NCBI GenBank assembly: GCA_039801225.1
Contig: JBDRUH010000043.1
Coordinates: 1 to 13,516 of the forward strand
Source: a candidate division WOR-3 bacterium
GTDB lineage: Bacteria > Hydrothermota > Tepidihabitantia > Tepidihabitantales > Tepidihabitantaceae
Direction: 5' to 3'
Length of the DNA: 13,516 nt
Part shown: positions 1 through 6,578 of the stretch, one piece after another
How the letters are laid out: every line of letters begins with the position of its first letter
How positions within the stretch are numbered: position 1 is the first letter of the stretch
Position numbers and translations under genes: made by a program
The notes under the pieces: model-generated
Databases searched by the model: none
Told to the model about the DNA's origin: nothing
What the model saw: the letters and a program-made list of their open reading frames with translations, nothing else

Positions 1-6
1 AAATTG

Positions 7-13
7 CCTCCTT
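7..13 (-). promoter_or_regulatory. Shine-Dalgarno site (AAGGAGG) for a minus-strand gene starting just left of the window
   Basis: cctcctt at 7-13 reads AAGGAGG on the minus strand, 6 nt from the window edge and downstream of a minus-strand promoter. The start codon itself is outside the window. Confidence 0.6.
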
Positions 14-43
14 AAGCAAATTGTGCTCAATTAAACTAAACTA

Positions 44-71
44 ATATTAACCTATTCTCCTTCTCTGTCAA
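44..71 (-). promoter_or_regulatory. Putative sigma70-type promoter pointing left
   Basis: Minus strand: TTGACA (71-66), 16-nt spacer, TAATAT (49-44), followed by the SD at 13-7. Confidence 0.55.
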
Positions 72-86
72 ACTTCTGTTATTTTT

Positions 87-114
87 TGTGGATCCCCAAG
101 GAAAATGTCATAGG
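87..114 (+). repeat. Left terminal inverted repeat (IRL)
   Basis: TGTGGATCCCCAAGGAAAATGTCATAGG versus the reverse complement of 1373-1400, TGTCAGTCCACAGGGAAAATGTCATAGG. The inner 15 bp are identical. Confidence 0.85.
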
Positions 115-139
115 TTAAATCCCCAAGGAAAATGTCATA
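92..139 (+). repeat. Two perfect 21-bp direct repeats at the left IS end (likely transposase-binding sites)
   Basis: ATCCCCAAGGAAAATGTCATA at 92-112 and 119-139, period 27 bp. Confidence 0.9.
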
Positions 140-191
140 TTGACACTTTTTGGAACGTGACACCATCTTTGTCCCAAGATATGGTGAAAAC

Positions 192-1379
192 ATGGAAAGC
201 AATTTTAACTTTAACTGTAGCGAGATGGAGCGACTAAGAGTGATTGAGAGAAGTTTTGCCGGTTTATCGGCAGCCAAAGCAGCGGCAATGCTTAATTGTA
301 GTCCCCGTCAGGTATTCCGACTAAAAGCCAAGGTGAAAAAGGACGGACCAAATGGCATCATCCACGGCAATACCGGTCGGCTGCCCCTGAACGCCAAACC
401 CCTCTTTTTTCGTAATCACATCATCACCCTCTATAAAGAGGAGTTCTCCGATTACAACATCGCTCACTTTGTTGATACTCTGGTAGAGGAGTATGGGATT
501 GTTCTCGCCTATGAGACCGCTCGGCGCTGGCTTCGGGCAGAAGCAAATGGCTCACCCAAACACCACTACCCCATCCACCGCCGGCAAAGGGAGCGCCGCA
601 CCCAGTTTGGCGAACTGCTCTTCTTGGATGGCAGCCCCCACCCTTGGCTTGGACTATCACTTCCCTCCATAACACTGATTCTGGCTACCGATGACGCCAC
701 CGGCAAACCCCTCTACGGTCTCTTCGCACCACAGGAGACACTAAATGCTTGTTTTGAGGTGCTTTATCATGTCTGCCACAAATACGGACTCCCCAGTGCC
801 CTTTATCTCGACCGTGCCAGCCATTTCACCACCACCAGACAGGGAGGCATCCCCCGATTCCAAAGAGACGACCAGCTCACCCACTTTGAAATTGCCCTTA
901 AAACTCTGGCAATTGAACCTATCTTCGCCCACAGCCCTCAGGCACGAGGAAGAGGTGAACGCATCAATGGGTCGTTCCAGCGCCGGCTCGTCCCAGAACT
1001 CAGACACCACCATATCACCACTATTGAACCTGCCACAAAATATCTCAATGAGGTCTTTATCCCCAAGTATGCCCGCCGATTCGGAGTTAAACCACAAAGC
1101 CCAAAACCAGCATTTCGCCCTGTCCCAAAGGGTATTGACCTCCGCACCATCCTTTGTGCCAGGACCACCCGCCGAGTTACTAACGACGAAACCATCTCTT
1201 ATCAAGGCACCATCTACCAACTACTTCCACCAAAACGGGCACTCACTCTCGCTGGCATCACCATCCAAATCCAGCACTGGTTTGACAACTCCATCCATGC
1301 CTTCTATCCTCACCTCGGTGAAATCCCAATACAACCTCTCTCACCAAAAAACTCCCCACAATCAGAAGAGCACCTATGA
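192..1379 (+). CDS. ISNCY/IS1202-family DDE transposase
   Basis: N-terminal HTH (AAAMLNCSPRQVFRL, IIHGNTGR). DDE motifs LLFLDGSPHPWL / LYLDRASHF / SPQARGRGERINGSFQRRL. C-terminal RRVTNDETISYQG. ATG at 192 is preceded by GGTGA and is preferred over TTG at 150. The stop codon lies inside IRR. Confidence 0.9.
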   Translation: MESNFNFNCSEMERLRVIERSFAGLSAAKAAAMLNCSPRQVFRLKAKVKKDGPNGIIHGNTGRLPLNAKPLFFRNHIITLYKEEFSDYNIAHFVDTLVEEYGIVLAYETARRWLRAEANGSPKHHYPIHRRQRERRTQFGELLFLDGSPHPWLGLSLPSITLILATDDATGKPLYGLFAPQETLNACFEVLYHVCHKYGLPSALYLDRASHFTTTRQGGIPRFQRDDQLTHFEIALKTLAIEPIFAHSPQARGRGERINGSFQRRLVPELRHHHITTIEPATKYLNEVFIPKYARRFGVKPQSPKPAFRPVPKGIDLRTILCARTTRRVTNDETISYQGTIYQLLPPKRALTLAGITIQIQHWFDNSIHAFYPHLGEIPIQPLSPKNSPQSEEHL

Positions 1380-1400
1380 CATTTTCCCTGTGGACTGACA
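1373..1400 (-). repeat. Right terminal inverted repeat (IRR)
   Basis: CCTATGACATTTTCCCTGTGGACTGACA, an inverted match to 87-114. Confidence 0.85.
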
Positions 1401-1415
1401 GCCGATATTTTCTTC

Positions 1416-1443
1416 TTGACAGGGGGGGTAAACTTTTTATAAT
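1416..1443 (+). promoter_or_regulatory. Consensus sigma70-type promoter for the 1484 gene
   Basis: TTGACA (1416-1421), 16-nt spacer containing G7, TATAAT (1438-1443). SD AAGGAGG at 1473-1479 precedes ATG 1484. Confidence 0.8.
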
Positions 1444-1483
1444 TGGATAATTTTGAAAAGCTGCAAGATGAAAAGGAGGAAGA

Positions 1484-2536
1484 ATGCATAAAAAGCAGAT
1501 TGCTTTTGCAGCAATTTCGGTTGCTCTTTTGGGAGCGTTTGTGTTTACCCTGCCTGTTTTCGCAGCGGAGGTAAATCATGGCCCCTGTTTGTGCCGACCA
1601 AGTATAACACCGATGCAAGGAGGGGCAAGGCAGGTGTATGTGGCTCAGGTTCGTTATTCCGACCCGGATAACGACCCACCGGCAAAGGTAGAGGTTTATG
1701 TGGACGGAATTGCTTATCCAATGCGCCTGGTTAAAGGAAAGGCAGCGGCAGGAATATATCAGGCTCGGCTTACCCTCACACCTGGAGAACATACCTATTA
1801 CTTTTATGCCGAGGATGTCCGTGGGGCCTCAGAGCGATTTCCCCGCATCGGCGCTAAACCCGGACCTTTCGTCGGGTTTGGCAAACAGACCTACAATCGC
1901 CTTCCCGTTCTTTCTAAGGGTGGTTATTATGAAGACTATATCACCGGTTCAGGGGTATATACATTTACCCTTAACTATCTGGATAAGGACGGACAGAATC
2001 CTCAGGCGGTGCGGGTGGTGATTGACGGTATCCCTTATGATATGAAACTCCACAAAGGTTCACCCGCTGCTGGAGTTTATCTCTACAAAACCAAACTATC
2101 TCCGGGTACCCATTGCTATTATTTTGTTGGTATTGACGACTGTGGTGCCTGCGTTCTCCATCCCCAGCAAGGAGTGCTCTACATCTCAGCTATCAGCGAA
2201 GAAAAAAACTCCTCGCCTCTCCTAATTGGTGAACCTTTCCTAATTAGTGAAAAGGTTGAACCGGCGGCCGGTAATTCGAGGACGGTCTTTTCTTATTATG
2301 TGGAGTATCGGGACCCGGATTGTGATCCACCCTCCCGTGCCGAAGTCTACATCAACGGTAAACCCTATAAGATGAAACTGGTTGGCGGCAAACCCTCAAC
2401 AGGCATCTACCGATACCGAACTCGGCTTTACCCGGGAAGTTTTCATAATTATTATTTCTATTTTGAGGATGGGAAAGGCGGGTTTTGCCGCTACCCGACA
2501 ATCGGGTATTTTCACGGTCCGGTGGTAGTTAGATAA
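1484..2536 (+). CDS. Secreted protein of three tandem ~100-aa beta-rich (Ig-like) repeats, function unknown
   Basis: Strong SD. Signal peptide ending LPVFA|A. Three copies of YxDxDxxxP...VxxDGxxYxMxLxxG...GxY....LxPGxHxYYF...DxxG. Confidence 0.8.
   Translation: MHKKQIAFAAISVALLGAFVFTLPVFAAEVNHGPCLCRPSITPMQGGARQVYVAQVRYSDPDNDPPAKVEVYVDGIAYPMRLVKGKAAAGIYQARLTLTPGEHTYYFYAEDVRGASERFPRIGAKPGPFVGFGKQTYNRLPVLSKGGYYEDYITGSGVYTFTLNYLDKDGQNPQAVRVVIDGIPYDMKLHKGSPAAGVYLYKTKLSPGTHCYYFVGIDDCGACVLHPQQGVLYISAISEEKNSSPLLIGEPFLISEKVEPAAGNSRTVFSYYVEYRDPDCDPPSRAEVYINGKPYKMKLVGGKPSTGIYRYRTRLYPGSFHNYYFYFEDGKGGFCRYPTIGYFHGPVVVR
2216..2251 (+). repeat. In-frame 18-bp tandem duplication
   Basis: CCTCTCCTAATTGGTGAA / CCTTTCCTAATTAGTGAA (16/18), encoding PLLIGE-PFLISE. 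Confidence 0.8.
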
Positions 2537-2554
2537 AAGTAAGGGAGGTAGGAT

Positions 2555-4363
2555 GTGAATAAAAAAGGGCTGCTCTTAATATTGGGCGGTATTGCTGCGC
2601 TAATTGTTTCCCTCGGCCTGAAATGCGGGACTGGTCCACCGAAAACGCCAGTTATCGTTTATGCCCCGGAGTCAACCTGGTTTAAGGCAACGACCCCGAT
2701 CAAGGTTTTCACCACCGCACCAAAGAATAAGGATATTCGTTATGTGGCCGATTTAGGTCAGTCCGATGGTAAAATGGATACTTCGGATGTTCTTCCCAGC
2801 GGTGATACCGTATACATCTATCCCAAGTGGACTCAACTGGGCAATTTCAAATTCAAGGTTGCTGCTTTTTTAGATGAAAATCAGGCAAAAATTTCCGAGT
2901 TCTCCAAGGAGAAAAGTATCCGCGTCCTGCCTAACAGTCCGCCGGAAAGTATCTGGATATATGCCCCATCTGTCTTAGCCAAAGATGTGTGGGAATATTT
3001 TTATGTCAGTGCGGTTGACCCGGAAGGAGATTCAATCACCTTCTACTTTGACTTTGGTGATGGGAAAAAGGAGTGGGTGGATACCCTTATCGCCTCGGGT
3101 GAGACACTTACTTACGCCCATAAATACACGAAAGTTGGCAATTTCTGGTTAAAGGTGAAGGCACGAGATAAAAAACGCACCGAGAGTGAACCGGAATCTA
3201 TTCAGGTTACTGTTGGCACCGCCGGTAAAGTCAAGTGGTGGTTTGTGAATAATGCCGAGGAGGAGTTACCGCCGGTGGCTTCGCCGGTCGTGGCAATTCC
3301 TGGCGACACATGGATTTACACCTATTGTGGTGATGGACGTTTCTATGCGGTGAATTATTCTCAGGGGAAAACAAGAGCCTCGGCAATCGCCCTGGATACA
3401 TTCCGCGACTTCTGCGGTCATCCAGCCTACTGTGCCAGCCAAAGGCATATCCTCATTGGTGAAGAAGGGGGATATCTCCATAGCCTGCGGGTGGAAGATT
3501 TGGCTCGCGTCTGGTATTGGAACACCCCGGAAACCACCGACCTTAGCACCCCGGCGATCAATGGTAGTTACATCTATATCGCTTCGGGAAAGGACACGCT
3601 CTACTGGCTAATTGACCAAGGCAGTACCTGCGTGGAGAGCGCCGCCTACAAACTCCCCGCCGGCTTAGAGGCACCGGTTATCGACCGTTCCGGCAATGTC
3701 CTCTGTGCCCTTGACAATGGTATTCTCTATAAGATGCCGCCGGACCTGCAGAATCCGGTCTGGGAATGCACCTTAAACCTCGGTGTTTCACTTCTGCCAC
3801 CGATTATCGGCGATAACGGAATGATATATGTTGCTGACGATTCCGGCTATGTTTATGCGGTCCGAGAAGATGGCAGTAAGGCTTGGACCGCTTTAGGCAA
3901 TGCCGGCGATATCGGCGGAATGGTTCTTGGCACCAGGCTGTTTGTTACCACCAGTTCGGGTAAGTTAATCGCCCTCAGTCCAGAAAATGGCAGTAAAGTG
4001 TATGATAAAAAAGTTCATCTGATCAGAACCCCCAACCTCATTGGCTCACCGCTCCTCGCTACCAATGGCTACATCTATTTTATGGACGACGACGAAATTC
4101 TCTATGCTGCCCAACAGTCCACCGGCGATGTTATCTGGTCGGCCAACTGCCTTGAGCAGGTTGAGGGCGGTGTTCGCTGCCACCATCCGAGGAGGCTTGC
4201 CGAACTGATGGAACCGAGTCTGACGATAGGTCCTTCGGGTAACATTATTGTCGTCGGTTCATCTTATATGTACTGCGTCCTCGGCGAAACCGATAAAGTG
4301 CTTGACGAGGCCGCCCCCTGGCCGAAGTGGCAAAAGGACCTTTTCAACACCGGGAAGAAATAA
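2555..4363 (+). CDS. Probable lipoprotein with Ig/PKD-like domains and a PQQ-like (BamB-like) beta-propeller
   Basis: GTG start with SD GGGAGG. Hydrophobic N-terminus ending in Cys (SLGLKC). PKD-like AVDPEGDSITFYFDFGDG...HKYTKVGNF. Propeller blades such as PPIIGDNGMIYVADDSGYVYAVREDGSKAW. C-terminal APWPKWQKDLFNTG closure motif. Confidence 0.8.
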   Translation: MNKKGLLLILGGIAALIVSLGLKCGTGPPKTPVIVYAPESTWFKATTPIKVFTTAPKNKDIRYVADLGQSDGKMDTSDVLPSGDTVYIYPKWTQLGNFKFKVAAFLDENQAKISEFSKEKSIRVLPNSPPESIWIYAPSVLAKDVWEYFYVSAVDPEGDSITFYFDFGDGKKEWVDTLIASGETLTYAHKYTKVGNFWLKVKARDKKRTESEPESIQVTVGTAGKVKWWFVNNAEEELPPVASPVVAIPGDTWIYTYCGDGRFYAVNYSQGKTRASAIALDTFRDFCGHPAYCASQRHILIGEEGGYLHSLRVEDLARVWYWNTPETTDLSTPAINGSYIYIASGKDTLYWLIDQGSTCVESAAYKLPAGLEAPVIDRSGNVLCALDNGILYKMPPDLQNPVWECTLNLGVSLLPPIIGDNGMIYVADDSGYVYAVREDGSKAWTALGNAGDIGGMVLGTRLFVTTSSGKLIALSPENGSKVYDKKVHLIRTPNLIGSPLLATNGYIYFMDDDEILYAAQQSTGDVIWSANCLEQVEGGVRCHHPRRLAELMEPSLTIGPSGNIIVVGSSYMYCVLGETDKVLDEAAPWPKWQKDLFNTGKK

Positions 4364-4385
4364 AATAGTTCATAGTTTTAAACCG

Positions 4386-4420
4386 GCAGGGGCGAGCTGA
4401 CGCTCGCCCCTGCTTGACTT
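4386..4420 (+). terminator. GC-rich hairpin, probable intrinsic terminator
   Basis: Perfect 12-bp stem GCAGGGGCGAGC-TGAC-GCTCGCCCCTGC 22 nt after the stop codon. The T-tail is weak (TTGACTTT). Confidence 0.65.
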
Positions 4421-4441
4421 TCTGGTGATTAGCGGTAATGT
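4414..4441 (+). promoter_or_regulatory. Putative promoter for the PPIase cluster
   Basis: TTGACT (4414-4419), 16-nt spacer, TAATGT (4436-4441). Confidence 0.4.
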
Positions 4442-4447
4442 TTGGCA

Positions 4448-5752
4448 ATGCGTTTTTCTCTTATCTTAACAATTTTACTGCTCACGCTTAACTGCACCCG
4501 TGGCCCGTTACCGGTTGCTTGGGTGAACAAAACGCCAATTTTAGTTGAGGAGCTAGCACGTGCCCTGCCCCAAGGGTTTGAGTCAGGTAAAGAGACAATC
4601 GTTGTCCGGGAGTGCCTTGAGGAGTTAATTAACCGGGAGTTATTTATTCAGGAGGCGGAGCGCCAGGGACTGGACTCCTGCATCACCTATCCACTGGAAC
4701 TGGAGAAGAAAGGGTTGGTTATCTATGAGCTTTTTGCTCAGGTGGCGGAGAAGGCACAACCGGTTACTGAGCAGGAGTTAAAAAATGCCTATGAACTTTT
4801 GAGTGAGGAGGTGCATTGCCGGATGATAGCAGTCCGAGAAAAGAGCACCAGCCAGCAACTTTATCAGGAACTCTGCCAGGGAGCGAATTTTGAAACCCTG
4901 GCGGTTCGCTACTCAATCCACCCCAGCCGGACTAAGGGCGGTGACCTCGGGTATATTCCGGAATATTATATTGAGGAACCGTTGCGCAGTGCGGTGGTTG
5001 GTCTGAAGCCGGGTGAGTTTACCAAGCCGATATTTTTTGACTCCAGTTACCAGATTGTCCTCTTGATTGACCGCCGGCCGACATCTCCCCCATTGCCCCC
5101 ATTTCTTGAGGCAAAACAGCAACTGAGTGAGCAGATAAAACTTTGGCGACGCCGGCGCGCTGCGAATGAATATGTGCAAAATCTCCGGGAGCGTTTGGTT
5201 TATAATCCAGCCGGGTTGGCGATATTTTATAAGCCGGTTGACTCCATCACAGAGGAAGAGAAAGAAATCTGGGTGGCGATCCGCGACCAGAAGAAATATG
5301 TCAAAGTCGGGCGACTGCTCCATATTGCCCGGCGTTTCCCATTAGGGCTGGATACCGCCATCCGCACCTACGCTATCAAACGGGCGATTGAGGATGACCT
5401 GATGTTTGAAGATGGGCTGAATCTTGGATTAGATAAGGCACCAAAGGTCAAGGAGCAACTAAAAAGGCTTAGACGCAAACTGCTTTACGAGACCCTGTTC
5501 AACCGATTGGTTGTTGAGCAAGCGGTAGTTACCGATTCGGAATGTTTTGCCTATTATCAAAATCACCGCGAGCGCTACCCAAAAGAAGAGTATGCGGCAG
5601 TTGCTCCACTTATCCGGAACCATCTCCTCCTGGAGCGTCAGAAGATGCGGCAGAACGAAATTTTAACCGAGTTACGCTCCCGGGCAAAAATTACCATTAA
5701 TCAAAAAGTTCTAAAACGGGTGTTAACTAACCTATCCAAGAAAAGGAGTTAA
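4448..5752 (+). CDS. PpiC/parvulin-type peptidyl-prolyl isomerase / foldase (probable lipoprotein)
   Basis: MRFSLILTILLLTLNC signal. SurA-N-like LEELINRELFIQEAERQGL. Parvulin GANFETLAVRYSIHPSRTKGGDLGYI...LKPGEFTKPI. ATG 4448 preferred over TTG 4442. Confidence 0.85.
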   Translation: MRFSLILTILLLTLNCTRGPLPVAWVNKTPILVEELARALPQGFESGKETIVVRECLEELINRELFIQEAERQGLDSCITYPLELEKKGLVIYELFAQVAEKAQPVTEQELKNAYELLSEEVHCRMIAVREKSTSQQLYQELCQGANFETLAVRYSIHPSRTKGGDLGYIPEYYIEEPLRSAVVGLKPGEFTKPIFFDSSYQIVLLIDRRPTSPPLPPFLEAKQQLSEQIKLWRRRRAANEYVQNLRERLVYNPAGLAIFYKPVDSITEEEKEIWVAIRDQKKYVKVGRLLHIARRFPLGLDTAIRTYAIKRAIEDDLMFEDGLNLGLDKAPKVKEQLKRLRRKLLYETLFNRLVVEQAVVTDSECFAYYQNHRERYPKEEYAAVAPLIRNHLLLERQKMRQNEILTELRSRAKITINQKVLKRVLTNLSKKRS

Positions 5753-5753
5753 A

Positions 5754-6578
5754 ATGAAAAAAATATGGTTTATTTTTCTTTTTCTTCTCGGCTGCACGAA
5801 AGAGCCGCTTCATTCACCAAAGGGCACGGCTGTCGGCACCATTAACGGCGAGCAGATTACCGCGCCACAGGTTGACTATGCTGCCGGGCAACTCCGGATA
5901 GAAGTTTCGCCAACAAATCTACCCAAACTCCTTGACCATATGGTTGCCGTCTCGGTCTGCGCTCAGGAGGCGGTGCGCCAGGGGATGCTTAAAGACGAGA
6001 AGGTAGTCTCCGGACTTGCCTGGATGGAAAGGATGTTTCTTGCCCAGGAACTCCTCAATCGGCTAACTGATACATTAGTACCTTCCTTGAGTGAAATTGC
6101 CACCTACTTCTCCGAGCATCGTGATCAGTTTACCTGGGGGTTAAAATTAAACCTTATGGTTCTACCCGATTCAGTTTTAGCTGAGCAGACACTTAATGAA
6201 CTCAAATCGGGTGGCAACTTCGTCCAACTGGCAAAAGAGCGGTCATTGGATACTTCAGTAATCAATCTTCCTGGCTACCCTACCCGAGGGATTGGGATGT
6301 CATTGGGATGGAGTTTGGCGGACGAAGAGATGGTATTTGACTTAGCGCCTGGTGCGGTGTCAAAAGTGATTCCCACGCCGGTTGGTTATCAGTTGGTGAA
6401 GGTTGTGGATAAGAAACGGATTACCGATAGCCCTTCACTTAACGAGATGACCCAGTTTTATATTTCCGAGGCGCTCAAAGCCCAAAAACGCCAGTTGGTA
6501 ATGAACCGCCTCTTAGACAGTTTACGCCAGAGTAAGAAAATCGTGTTAAAGCCCGAAGCCTATCAGAAACGACAATGA
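5754..6578 (+). CDS. PpiC-type foldase lipoprotein (degenerate parvulin domain)
   Basis: SD AAGGAG. Lipobox LLGC. GGNFVQLAKERSLD...VFDLAPGAVSKVIPTPVGYQLVKV. Confidence 0.8.
   Translation: MKKIWFIFLFLLGCTKEPLHSPKGTAVGTINGEQITAPQVDYAAGQLRIEVSPTNLPKLLDHMVAVSVCAQEAVRQGMLKDEKVVSGLAWMERMFLAQELLNRLTDTLVPSLSEIATYFSEHRDQFTWGLKLNLMVLPDSVLAEQTLNELKSGGNFVQLAKERSLDTSVINLPGYPTRGIGMSLGWSLADEEMVFDLAPGAVSKVIPTPVGYQLVKVVDKKRITDSPSLNEMTQFYISEALKAQKRQLVMNRLLDSLRQSKKIVLKPEAYQKRQ

Larger units (their letters stand above)
87..1400 (+). mobile_element. Insertion sequence of about 1314 bp, IS1202/ISNCY type (IS481-related DDE)
   Basis: Single DDE transposase bounded by imperfect 28-bp terminal inverted repeats that begin TGT and end ACA (23/28 identical). 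No clear target-site duplication. Confidence 0.85.

Noticed and set aside
92..139. CRISPR-like or iteron-like direct repeats
   Set aside because: Only two copies with a 6-bp gap, they match the IS right end in inverted orientation, and there are no cas or rep genes.
745..1398. 217-aa Ser/Pro-rich alternative-frame ORF and antisense ORFs within the transposase
   Set aside because: Composition fits a frame-shifted shadow of a C-rich gene. No SD and no recognisable domain.
72..1415. Target-site duplication flanking the IS
   Set aside because: Flanks match only 7/15 or 8/17, mostly at T residues. A short CTGTTATTTT/CCGATATTTT similarity does not abut both ends.
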